A DNA stretch of 32,000 bases, taken from sequence record OZ262643.1; one strand, given 5' to 3'. A program made the position numbers and the translations under genes. The notes beneath the pieces are model-generated. The model saw nothing but the letters and a program-made list of their open reading frames with translations, searched no databases and had not been told where the DNA came from. Positions 1 through 8,519 of this stretch are shown here, piece by piece (the stretch's first letter is position 1; every line of letters starts with the position of its first letter).

Positions 1-159
1 CAAAGAATCGAAATGCTTTCTTTCTAAAATTTGATTATTATACTCAATTACTATACTATCTATATTGATATTTAAATATAAAAGTATATCTGTTAAAGAC
101 ATAGAAGAATCACAATGAAATGGTTCACCATTAATAAAAATAGTTAGGTAATTATGCAT
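1..159 (-). CDS. thiS: ThiS-like sulfur-carrier protein (ycf40), N-terminal 53 codons; the C-terminus lies beyond the window edge
   Basis: Hand translation of the minus strand from the ATG at 159-157 gives MHNYLTIFINGEPFHCDSSMSLTDILLYLNINIDSIVIEYNNQILERKHFDSL. The xIxINGE start and the IAVEYNxxIvxRxxw-like middle resemble ThiS. It is in frame to the window edge. Confidence 0.6.
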   Translation of the reverse strand, partial: MHNYLTIFINGEPFHCDSSMSLTDILLYLNINIDSIVIEYNNQILERKHFDSL

Positions 160-228
160 AATAACGAAAATAAAAATTTAAAGTAGACTGAAAAGGTAAA
201 AAATACTATAATATATTTTAACAACCAT

Positions 229-302
229 GGCGGATGTAGCCAAGAGGTTACGGCAATGGATTGTGGCTCCATCATACGCGGGTTCGAATCCCGTCATTCG
301 CC
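229..302 (+). tRNA. trnH: tRNA-His (GUG) with encoded G-1
   Basis: GGCGGATGTAGCCAAG... closely matches the plastid trnH 5' end. The anticodon arm is ATGGA-TTGTGGC-TCCAT (GTG), the T arm is GCGGG-TTCGAAT-CCCGT, and the acceptor pairs with one G:U. Confidence 0.88.
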
Positions 303-309
303 CTTTGAT

Positions 310-939
310 TTAGACTAAATATGTAACTGATCGAATTAACTCCACACGATTACGCGTATTAGTTTTATATAACAAACGACTGACGTACTTTTCAACATTT
401 CTTAAACTAACATTCAAGTTAACAGCTATCTCTTTATTCATATATCCTCTCATGACTAATTTTAAAATATGTTTTTCTCTAATAGTAAAAGATTTTAACA
501 AATTTGAATTAACCAGAGTTTTATTCATTCTACTTCTAAATTTTTTATTATTTTTAATTATATTAATATTAGTAAAAATATTATTAATAATAGCTAATAA
601 TTCTTCTGGATTAAAAGGTTTAGTTAAATAGGCAAAACAACCTAAGGTATAGCCCTTAATACGATCTGAAGTCATGCCTTTTGCAGTTAAAAAAATGAAC
701 GGTAGGTGTACTAAATTGTTATCTAATTTTAGTAATTTAATAAAATCGTAACCGTTTAAGTCCTTGATCATCACATCGGAAATAATTAAATCAGGACAAT
801 CATAATTGATAAATGCTAAAGCATTAGGAATAGTATATGCAGCATCCACCAAAAAACCCTGCGTAATTAAATACTTAGACAATAAATTAATAAGATTACG
901 ATCATCATCAACTAACAAAATTTTCTTTAATTTTTTCAT
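310..939 (-). CDS. ycf29: NarL/LuxR-type two-component response regulator (ycf29)
   Basis: The receiver domain has the acidic pocket LLVDDD, putative phospho-acceptor D55 (LIISDVMI), T85 (FLTAKG) and K107 (LTKPF). The C-terminus is a LuxR-type HTH (FTIREKHILKLVMRGYMNKEIAVNLNVSLRNVEKYVSRL). Confidence 0.8.
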   Translation of the reverse strand: MKKLKKILLVDDDRNLINLLSKYLITQGFLVDAAYTIPNALAFINYDCPDLIISDVMIKDLNGYDFIKLLKLDNNLVHLPFIFLTAKGMTSDRIKGYTLGCFAYLTKPFNPEELLAIINNIFTNINIIKNNKKFRSRMNKTLVNSNLLKSFTIREKHILKLVMRGYMNKEIAVNLNVSLRNVEKYVSRLLYKTNTRNRVELIRSVTYLV

Positions 940-995
940 TGTTCAATTTTATTATAATATAATAACAAATAAGTATCAAAACTTTTAAAGTAAAT

Positions 996-1613
996 ATGAC
1001 ATGGATCAACTCATTAAACACTCACAAAGTTCCATATTACATATATAAGCTGAACAAAAATGATTCAACTATTATATGTAATGAGTATCAACATCAAAGT
1101 CAATTCATTATTGTGTTACATGGTAGTATATACATATTAAAAAATTTTGGAAACAGACAAATAATGCCTATAGTAATTTTAAGTAAAAACAGCATATTTA
1201 GTCCTAATTATCTCAACAGTCAATTCTACTATCAATTTATAGCTTTAGAAACAACATATATAATCATGATGAACAATACTACTATTAAACAACTAGATGT
1301 ACAATTGATGTTCAGTATAATTAAAAGTTATCAAAAAACTTTAAGCGCATATGAAATAATGAATGAAGCAATGAATCAAAAATATACCAAGAATAAAGTA
1401 ATACAAATAATTTTATTAATGTTTTTTCAATTTGGAATAATAAATAAAGAACAAATACAATTACCATTTAAAATTTCACAAAAAGAGTTAGCTATTATTA
1501 CAGGTACTAATAGATCAACTTTAAACAAAATTATAAAAGAAATAGCTAATATTAAATATTCTAGAAAAAAATTAATACAAATTAATAATATATTTAACTT
1601 AACGCAAAAATAA
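996..1613 (+). CDS. ntcA: CRP/FNR-family transcription regulator, NtcA-like (ycf28)
   Basis: 205 aa with a C-terminal CRP-type HTH (ISQKELAIITGTNRSTLNKIIKEI). Its size and its position divergent from ycf29 fit a red-algal ycf28. The N-terminal domain is highly diverged and AT-biased. Confidence 0.6.
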   Translation: MTWINSLNTHKVPYYIYKLNKNDSTIICNEYQHQSQFIIVLHGSIYILKNFGNRQIMPIVILSKNSIFSPNYLNSQFYYQFIALETTYIIMMNNTTIKQLDVQLMFSIIKSYQKTLSAYEIMNEAMNQKYTKNKVIQIILLMFFQFGIINKEQIQLPFKISQKELAIITGTNRSTLNKIIKEIANIKYSRKKLIQINNIFNLTQK

Positions 1614-1710
1614 TATAAATGTTATAATACATAAAAGATCTCAATAGAACTGATGGATAATAAGAGAAGCTTAAACGCAATAACAATAAAAAAATTATCA
1701 TAACATAAAA

Positions 1711-2358
1711 ATGGGTAAAGTATACGATTGGTTTGAAGAAAGATTAGAAATTCAATCTATAGCAGATGACATATCAAGCAAGTATGTGCCTCCGCATGTA
1801 AATATTTTTTATTGCATAGGTGGTATCGTATTTACTTCTTTTTTAATACAGGTAGCTAGTGGATTTGCTATGACTTTTTACTACAGGCCAACAGTTGCTG
1901 AAGCATTTTCATCTGTACAATATATTATGACTGAAGTAAACTTTGGTTGGCTAATTCGATCGATTCACAGATGGTCTGCCAGTATGATGGTTCTCATGTT
2001 AATTTTACACGTATTTCGGGTATATTTAACAGGCGGATTTAAAAAACCAAGAGAGTTAACTTGGGTTACAGGTGTTATTTTAGCAGTACTAACAGTATCA
2101 TTTGGTGTAACAGGATACTCACTACCATGGGATCAAATAGGATACTGGGCGGTTAAAATAGTAACTGGAGTTCCAGAAGCAATACCAATTATAGGTGGTA
2201 CAATTGTTGAACTTTTAAGAGGGAGTGTAAGTGTAGGACAAAGCACTCTCACAAGATTTTACAGCTTACATACATTCGTCTTACCTTTATTAACAGCAGT
2301 TTTTATGTTAATGCATTTTTTAATGATAAGAAAACAAGGAATATCTGGACCATTGTAG
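1711..2358 (+). CDS. petB: cytochrome b6
   Basis: 215 aa, [35 protein letters not shown]..., a near-universal cytochrome b6 sequence. Confidence 0.98.
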   Translation: MGKVYDWFEERLEIQSIADDISSKYVPPHVNIFYCIGGIVFTSFLIQVASGFAMTFYYRPTVAEAFSSVQYIMTEVNFGWLIRSIHRWSASMMVLMLILHVFRVYLTGGFKKPRELTWVTGVILAVLTVSFGVTGYSLPWDQIGYWAVKIVTGVPEAIPIIGGTIVELLRGSVSVGQSTLTRFYSLHTFVLPLLTAVFMLMHFLMIRKQGISGPL

Positions 2359-2389
2359 AGAAAAATTCATAAAAATAAACAAATATATC

Positions 2390-2872
2390 ATGTCAATTAT
2401 TAAAAAACCTGATCTAACAGATCCAAAATTAAGAGCAAAATTAGCTAAAGGAATGGGACATAATTACTATGGAGAACCAGCATGGCCTAACGATTTATTA
2501 TATATATTTCCAATTGTTATTTTAGGAACAATTGCATGTAATGTAGGATTAGCCGTAATGGAACCTACAGGAATAGGAGAAGCAGCAAACCCATTCGCAA
2601 CACCTTTAGAAATATTACCAGAATGGTACTTTTTCCCAACATTTAATTTGTTAAGGGTGATTCCCAATAAGTTAATTGGGGTATTATCAATGGCTGCAGT
2701 ACCTGCAGGATTGATTACGATTCCATTCATTGAAAATATTAACAAGTTTCAGAACCCTTTTAGAAGACCAGTAGCGACAACAGTGTTTATAGTAGGAACA
2801 TTTATTACAGTATGGCTAGGAATAGGAGCAACAATGCCTTTATCTCAAGCTATCACTCTAGGCCTATTTTAA
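2390..2872 (+). CDS. petD: cytochrome b6f subunit IV
   Basis: 160 aa with ...[21 protein letters not shown]...PEWYFFP.... It lies directly downstream of petB. Confidence 0.98.
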   Translation: MSIIKKPDLTDPKLRAKLAKGMGHNYYGEPAWPNDLLYIFPIVILGTIACNVGLAVMEPTGIGEAANPFATPLEILPEWYFFPTFNLLRVIPNKLIGVLSMAAVPAGLITIPFIENINKFQNPFRRPVATTVFIVGTFITVWLGIGATMPLSQAITLGLF

Positions 2873-2962
2873 ATGACATCTTATAAGATTTAACTAAATT
2901 TTAAACCCTATAAGACAATATTAAATTTATAGTAAAACTCTATAAAATTTAACTATTGTTTT

Positions 2963-3358
2963 TTATTTAATAATTACTTTGGCACCTACTTCTTCTAACT
3001 TTGACTTAATTTCTTCAGCATCTTCTTTAGAAGTACTTTCTTTAATAGATTTAGGTACTGATTCCACCAATTCTTTAGCTTCTTTTAAGCCTAAAGATGT
3101 TAAGGAACGGACTACTTTCAAAATTGTAATCTTTTTAGGAGCAGGAACTTCCTCAAGAATAACATCAAACTCAGTTTGCTCTTCTTCTTGTGAAGAGATA
3201 GTACTACCTCCATCTGATGGAATCGTAACTATACCACTACCGGCAACAACAGAAGAATCTACACCAAAAACTTCTTCTATTTGTTTAACTAACTCAGCTG
3301 CTTCTAACAGAGTTAAAGACTTCAGCTCTTCAATAATGTTATTAATTTTTTCACTCAT
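2963..3358 (-). CDS. rpl12: ribosomal protein L7/L12
   Basis: 131 aa with N-terminal IIEELKSLTLLEAAELVKQIEE, an acidic hinge, and C-terminal KVVRSLTSLGLKEAKELVE...EEVGAKV. Confidence 0.95.
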   Translation of the reverse strand: MSEKINNIIEELKSLTLLEAAELVKQIEEVFGVDSSVVAGSGIVTIPSDGGSTISSQEEEQTEFDVILEEVPAPKKITILKVVRSLTSLGLKEAKELVESVPKSIKESTSKEDAEEIKSKLEEVGAKVIIK

Positions 3359-3390
3359 AATAGATTTTTAATATATATAGCTAATTATAA

Positions 3391-4098
3391 TTATACTGTC
3401 CTAGTATCTCTCAATAAACTAATATCAACAGGAATTCCTGGTCCCATTGTACTAGATAAGTATAAAGATTTCCAATATTTTCCTTTAGAGCCACTAGGTC
3501 TATTTTTATCAATAGAATCTTGTATAGCTTTTAAGTTTAACAATAGATCATTTATATCAAAAGACAATTTACCAATCGGTACATGAACAATGCCCGTCCG
3601 ATCAACTTTATACTCCAATTTACCAGATTTAAACTCACTAATAGCTTTCTTAATATCATTAGTAACTGTACCAGATTTAGGAGAGGGCATTAAGCCTCTA
3701 GGACCGAGCACACGACCTAATTTTGCTATTAATAACATTACATCAGGCGTAACAATTAGCTTATCAAAATTAAAATTTCCTTCAAAAATTTCTTGAATCA
3801 AATCTTCAGAACCTACTACATCTGCTCCCGCAGATAAAGCTTCATTAATCTTATTTCCTTGTGTAATTACAGCAACCTTAACCACTTTTCCTGAGCCTTT
3901 AGGTAAAACAACTGTAGACCGAAGTTGCTGATCAGCATATTTAGGATCTAAACCTAAAGTAATATGTACTTCTAATGTTTCAATAAATTTAACACAAGAT
4001 AAACTCTTAAGTAAATTAATTGCTTCTTCTGGACTATACAATAAACTTTTATCTATTTTTTGTAAAATATCTATAAAACGACGTGAACGTTTTTGCAT
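3391..4098 (-). CDS. rpl1: ribosomal protein L1
   Basis: 235 aa with [23 protein letters not shown]...LPKGSGK...[14 protein letters not shown]. Confidence 0.95.
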   Translation of the reverse strand: MQKRSRRFIDILQKIDKSLLYSPEEAINLLKSLSCVKFIETLEVHITLGLDPKYADQQLRSTVVLPKGSGKVVKVAVITQGNKINEALSAGADVVGSEDLIQEIFEGNFNFDKLIVTPDVMLLIAKLGRVLGPRGLMPSPKSGTVTNDIKKAISEFKSGKLEYKVDRTGIVHVPIGKLSFDINDLLLNLKAIQDSIDKNRPSGSKGKYWKSLYLSSTMGPGIPVDISLLRDTRTV

Positions 4099-4136
4099 AA
4101 ATAGGGGTAAATCTCCTTAAAAATAGGCTAATTATT

Positions 4137-4559
4137 CTAATCAACTAAAATACCCATACTACGAGCAGTTCCTCTGACAATTAACATGGCTTGATTAAGA
4201 CTATTAGTATTTAAATCAGGCAACTTAGCCTTCGCAATTTCTTCTAACTGCGCATTAGAAATCGAACCAACCTTTTTAGAATTGGGCATACCAGATCCTT
4301 TATCAATACCTGCAGCTTTAGCTAAAAGAACAGAAGCTGGAGGCGTTTTTAAAACAAAGGAAAAACTACGATCTTCATAAATAGAAATTTCAACAGGAAT
4401 AACCAAACCAACTTTATCAGCTGTTTTAGCATTATATTCCTTGCAGAACATAACAATATTAGCTCCATGCTGACCTAAAGCAGGACCAACTGGGGGTGCT
4501 GGAGTTGCCTTACCAGCATTCAAAGCTAACTTAACGAAACCTACAACTTTTTTGGGCAT
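4137..4559 (-). CDS. rpl11: ribosomal protein L11
   Basis: 140 aa with [35 protein letters not shown]-type sequence. The rpl11-rpl1-rpl12 order lacks rpl10, as in red plastids. Confidence 0.96.
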   Translation of the reverse strand: MPKKVVGFVKLALNAGKATPAPPVGPALGQHGANIVMFCKEYNAKTADKVGLVIPVEISIYEDRSFSFVLKTPPASVLLAKAAGIDKGSGMPNSKKVGSISNAQLEEIAKAKLPDLNTNSLNQAMLIVRGTARSMGILVD

Positions 4560-4693
4560 TATTATTATTTTTAAATGATTATAATATAATAAATTTGATT
4601 GATTTAAATATAAAAAATATCCTACAAACTATACGACATTATAAAATTAATGTAAAATTTTTCCAATCCCTAAATACGTTATATCTAATAAAA

Positions 4694-4766
4694 CACGCCT
4701 TGAAGGACTTGAACCCTCGACATTAGGTTTTGGAAACCTACGTTCTACCAACTGAACTAAAGGCGT
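4694..4766 (-). tRNA. trnW: tRNA-Trp (CCA)
   Basis: The reverse complement is ACGCCTTTAGTTCAGTTGGTAGAACGTAGGTTTCCAAAACCTAATGTCGAGGGTTCAAGTCCTTCAAGGCGT. The acceptor is 7 bp and the anticodon loop is TTCCAAA. Confidence 0.88.
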
Positions 4767-4853
4767 ACTAGGATGAAAGATATAACTAATATTATAAAAT
4801 AAATATAATAAAATAAGTACAAATACACATATAATTAATAATCAATCATTGAA

Positions 4854-5927
4854 ATGCTTAATCCACCAATACATCTCATAGAATTATCGCAATACGATTA
4901 TTTAAGATATTCTAAACAGATCATACTAGAAAATCTTGGTACTGAAGGACAAAAAAGAATCAAAAAATCAAAAATTTTGATTATAGGAGCTGGCGGACTA
5001 AGCTGTCCTATAATGATGTACTTAACTGGATCTGGAATTGGACATATTGGTATAGTAGACTCAGATAGAATTGAAATTTCTAACCTGAATAGACAAATAT
5101 TATATAATGAAGAACATTTAAGCAGCTTTAAAGTAATATCTGCAAAATCACAACTTAATAGAATTAATAAACATTGTAAAATTATTCTACATAAATATCA
5201 ATTAACGAATCTAAATAGTCAAGAATTAATTAAGTATTACGATATCATAATTGATACAAGCGATAACTTTAAAACTAGAAACATTATTAATCAAATATGT
5301 TATAAATTAAGTAAAATGTATATCTATGGAGCTGTAGATAACTTTTTTGGCCAAATGAGCATATTTAATTACAAAGACGGTATAAAATATAACAATTTAT
5401 ACCCTAACAGTATAAATGCAGATGAAAACTGCAACACTAACGGTATCATGGGTGTGACAACAGGATATATAGGGAATTTACAAGCAATAGAAACAGTTAA
5501 AATTATCATTGGTTATAAACAAAAGTTAAATAACATAATAATTTTATGTGACCTAATTAATATAAAGATGACCAAGCAAAAACTATATAGCAATAGAATT
5601 GATTCACATAAAATGTTAATAAATACAAAAAAATTAATCAATCAATACAATATCGAAAATTTAGAATCATATATTAATAAAAGAACAATCATTATAGACA
5701 TAAGAAATAATGAAGAGTTCCTAAAGCAACATATATACAAATCTATCAATATTCCCTTAAAAAGTTTCAAAGCATATAAAACAATAGACTTTCTCAAAAA
5801 ATATGAAAATCACAATTTACTATATCTTTATTGCAATAACCTAAGACGTTCACTATTAATCTCTTCTTTACTTCAATTAAGTCAAATAAAACATAAACTA
5901 CTAAAAACAGTCAATAAAACAGTATAA
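4854..5927 (+). CDS. moeB: ThiF/MoeB-family E1-like adenylyltransferase fused to a C-terminal rhodanese-like domain
   Basis: YSKQIILENLGTEGQKRIKKSKILIIGAGGLSCP...VDSDRIEISNLNRQILY is the adenylation fold. There is a conserved Cys in ENCNTNGIMG. The C-terminal ~90 aa (IIIDIRNNEEF...INIPL...LYLYCNNLRRS) look like rhodanese, with Cys327 encoded at 5832-5834. Confidence 0.8.
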   Translation: MLNPPIHLIELSQYDYLRYSKQIILENLGTEGQKRIKKSKILIIGAGGLSCPIMMYLTGSGIGHIGIVDSDRIEISNLNRQILYNEEHLSSFKVISAKSQLNRINKHCKIILHKYQLTNLNSQELIKYYDIIIDTSDNFKTRNIINQICYKLSKMYIYGAVDNFFGQMSIFNYKDGIKYNNLYPNSINADENCNTNGIMGVTTGYIGNLQAIETVKIIIGYKQKLNNIIILCDLINIKMTKQKLYSNRIDSHKMLINTKKLINQYNIENLESYINKRTIIIDIRNNEEFLKQHIYKSINIPLKSFKAYKTIDFLKKYENHNLLYLYCNNLRRSLLISSLLQLSQIKHKLLKTVNKTV

Positions 5928-5998
5928 ATATTTAAAAGTTTGCTATAGTGTTAGTTTAAAAGAGATATTAGTAAACAAAACAATTATTTGAATAAAGA

Positions 5999-6463
5999 AT
6001 GAAAAAAAAAATACAAGTAATATTGAAAAATAATGGCTTTAGCCAAGAACAAGCAGGTCAAATTATCAGTGTTTCTCCAGGACATGCCTTTAATTACTTA
6101 ATACCCAATGGTATGGCTGAAATAGCAACAAAAAATCATATTAAACATTATACAATGTTTTCAGAAATAAAAAAAAGAAAACAAGAAGCAGCTTCAATTC
6201 TTAATAAAAAAACGCAAAATAGGCTTGAACACATTAGTAAGATAACTATATACAAAAAAGTAGGAAGTAATCAATTAATATTTGGCAGTATAAAAGAAAA
6301 AGATATTATTTATTGGATAGATACATATACCAATTTAAATATTGATAAAAAACAAATAAAAATAGACAATATTAACAAAGTTAGTATCAACTATATAGAT
6401 ATAGAATTTCAACAAAATATAATCACTACAGTAAAATTGTGTATCATACCATACAATATTTAA
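5999..6463 (+). CDS. rpl9: ribosomal protein L9
   Basis: The N-terminus KIQVILKNN...GQIISVSPGHAFNYLIPNGMAEIATKNHIKH matches the L9 N-domain. It sits immediately upstream of dnaB, the conserved bacterial rplI-dnaB linkage. Confidence 0.85.
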   Translation: MKKKIQVILKNNGFSQEQAGQIISVSPGHAFNYLIPNGMAEIATKNHIKHYTMFSEIKKRKQEAASILNKKTQNRLEHISKITIYKKVGSNQLIFGSIKEKDIIYWIDTYTNLNIDKKQIKIDNINKVSINYIDIEFQQNIITTVKLCIIPYNI

Positions 6464-6505
6464 AGAATAAGTTAAATCAATAAACAATCACTTATTGAAG
6501 AATTA

Positions 6506-8320
6506 ATGATTTCAATATATCAACAGAAACTAATACCACAAAATTACTTAGTAGAAGAAATATTATTAGGAAGTATCATTATATTTCCAAGTTTAATAAT
6601 ATATATAAGAAATAGTGTAACAAAGGATCTTTTTTTTCTAGAAGTTCATGAAATTATATATATAAATTTATTAGATAATATATATAACAAATTAAATATT
6701 ATTAATTTTATATATACATTAAAATCTAAAAAGTTACTCAATAGAATAGGTGGTTTAAAAAAACTAGTAAATTTGATGAGGCAAAGTCAAATATTTATAG
6801 ATACATCAAACGTTAATAATTACATCGAAAAATTAATATATATTTTAACCAGTAATTATATTAAAAGACTAATAGTGCAATATGGATATAATATAACCAA
6901 AATAGGTTTTACATCAATCGTTAACAATAAATACCTCTATAATAAAATTAACCATTACTTAAAGCTTCTTGAAAAAGAAATCATAAACAACGAGAAACAA
7001 AAAAGTAATCTTACTAGCATAAAGGAGCTAATATCAGTAAAGTTACTTGAATTAAAACATCCCACTATTTATCAAAGAAATACATATAGAATTAGTAGAA
7101 ATCAAATTCAATTTGGCTTTAAACAATTAGATACAATTACCAATGGATTGCCAGATGGAAATTTAATCATTATAGCAGGCAGACCATCAATAGGTAAAAC
7201 TTCATTCGCTATTAATATTGCATATAACGTCTTTTGTTATCAAAAAGTAAATATCTGTTTATTTAGCCTAGAAATGTCGACGGCAGAAATACTAAATAAA
7301 TTTCTATCTATATCCTGCGAAATTAATTTTAATCAAAAAAATATTCTAAAACTAAATGCACAACAATGGCAACATATTATATCAATCTGTCAAAAGCTAA
7401 TGCAGAATAATATCTATGTAAATGATACAAACAATATTACGATTAGTTATATAGAAAAAATTACTGAAAATTTAAACAAAAGGAAAAAAATTAAGTTACT
7501 AATTATCGATTACTTGCAATTAATAGAATTTGTTCAAAGTAACAATAAGACACTAAATAGAAGTCAAGAATTAGGATATATTACAAGAAGACTAAAGCTT
7601 TTAGCACAATTACTACACCTCCCAATCATAATTTTATCACAGTTAAATAGAAATATAGAAGTTAGAAGTAATAAAGAACCTATGCTATCGGATCTTAAAG
7701 AAAGTGGATGTGTAAAGTATAGCAATCATATTAATTTATTAGATGTTAAAATAGATTTTAATATAAAAAACACAAGTTTTATACAATATAAACTAATAAA
7801 TATTAACTATATTTGGTCAAGTAATGCAATTACTAAAGAAAATCAAAAAACAAAAGTTATATACTTATATATAAAAAATGTGATTTGTTTAATATTAAAT
7901 AGAGATATCCTAGAAATTACACACAATCATAAATATATGTCTAATGTGTTGTGGCGAGAAGTTAATATATCAAGTCAATCCAATAAAATAAACTGTGTAA
8001 CCACTCGCTCTTGCAAGCAATTAGTCATTAACAAACAATACCTAAATCAAATACTTTTCTACAACCCTTCAATTACATATGATATTAAATTTAGTCATAG
8101 ATTTTGTTTTTTGTCTCGCCAAGTAATTTTACATAATTCAATAGAGCAAGATTCGGATATTATTATTATGTTACATAATAAAATTGAACAAACTAATCAT
8201 GAAGACAAACAAATTATAGATATCAAGGTATCTAAAAATAGAAATGGTAACACTGGATACTGTAAAATTATCTTTACACCTCAAAATGTTAAATTTAATG
8301 AAATTACTGTTGCTAGATAA
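6506..8320 (+). CDS. dnaB: replicative DNA helicase DnaB precursor, interrupted in frame by a mini-intein
   Basis: N-terminal PQNYLVEEILLGSII, Walker A AGRPSIGKTSFAINIA, Walker B LLIIDYLQLI and SQLNRNIE. It is 604 aa in total, or 461 aa after removing the 143-aa insert. Confidence 0.92.
   Translation: MISIYQQKLIPQNYLVEEILLGSIIIFPSLIIYIRNSVTKDLFFLEVHEIIYINLLDNIYNKLNIINFIYTLKSKKLLNRIGGLKKLVNLMRQSQIFIDTSNVNNYIEKLIYILTSNYIKRLIVQYGYNITKIGFTSIVNNKYLYNKINHYLKLLEKEIINNEKQKSNLTSIKELISVKLLELKHPTIYQRNTYRISRNQIQFGFKQLDTITNGLPDGNLIIIAGRPSIGKTSFAINIAYNVFCYQKVNICLFSLEMSTAEILNKFLSISCEINFNQKNILKLNAQQWQHIISICQKLMQNNIYVNDTNNITISYIEKITENLNKRKKIKLLIIDYLQLIEFVQSNNKTLNRSQELGYITRRLKLLAQLLHLPIIILSQLNRNIEVRSNKEPMLSDLKESGCVKYSNHINLLDVKIDFNIKNTSFIQYKLININYIWSSNAITKENQKTKVIYLYIKNVICLILNRDILEITHNHKYMSNVLWREVNISSQSNKINCVTTRSCKQLVINKQYLNQILFYNPSITYDIKFSHRFCFLSRQVILHNSIEQDSDIIIMLHNKIEQTNHEDKQIIDIKVSKNRNGNTGYCKIIFTPQNVKFNEITVAR
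7709..8137 (+). mobile_element. DnaB mini-intein (143 aa, no homing-endonuclease domain) at the RESG|SIEQD site
   Basis: The extein-intein junctions are LKESG|CVKYSNHINLL... and ...SRQVILHN|SIEQDSD. Cys1 is TGT at 7709-7711, there is a block-B TxxH (ITHNHKY), the terminal His-Asn is at 8132-8137, and the +1 Ser is at 8138-8140. Confidence 0.85.
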
Positions 8321-8370
8321 AATTTATATATGTAAATAGTAAAATATTAAAATTAAATAGCAATCAGTAA

Positions 8371-8400
8371 GAATATATAATATAATTATTATATATATTC
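8371..8400. repeat. 30-nt AT-only imperfect palindrome between the dnaB stop and trnF
   Basis: In GAATATATAATATAATTATTATATATATTC, positions i and 31-i pair for 13 of 15 pairs (9 outer and 4 inner, with 2 central-flank mismatches). It abuts trnF position 1. Confidence 0.4.
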
Positions 8401-8473
8401 GCCGGGATAGCTCAGTCGGTAGAGCAGTGGACTGAAAATCCTCGTGTCACCAGTTCAAATCTGGTTCCTGGCA
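8401..8473 (+). tRNA. trnF: tRNA-Phe (GAA)
   Basis: GCCGGGATAGCTCAGTCGGTAGAGCAGTGGACTGAAAATCCTCGTGTCACCAGTTCAAATCTGGTTCCTGGCA is nearly identical to canonical plastid trnF. There is a U28:U42 mismatch in the anticodon stem. Confidence 0.92.
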
Positions 8474-8519
8474 TACGACAATATTAACTTGATCAAGACA
8501 TAAATGGATAATTAATGTC

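Noticed and set aside
806-988. 60-aa plus-strand ORF across the ycf29 5' end and the ycf29/ntcA spacer.
   Set aside because: It is antisense to the ycf29 receiver domain and has a low-complexity translation.
2467-3371. Antisense ORFs inside petD (2467-2745, minus strand) and rpl12 (2979-3371, plus strand). The same kind occur inside rpl1, clpC, ftsH, psbB, ycf38, tufA, rps5, rpl6, rps8 and rpl14.
   Set aside because: Each lies wholly within, and opposite to, a strongly conserved gene. Stop-codon-poor antisense frames are expected here. None has a recognisable domain.
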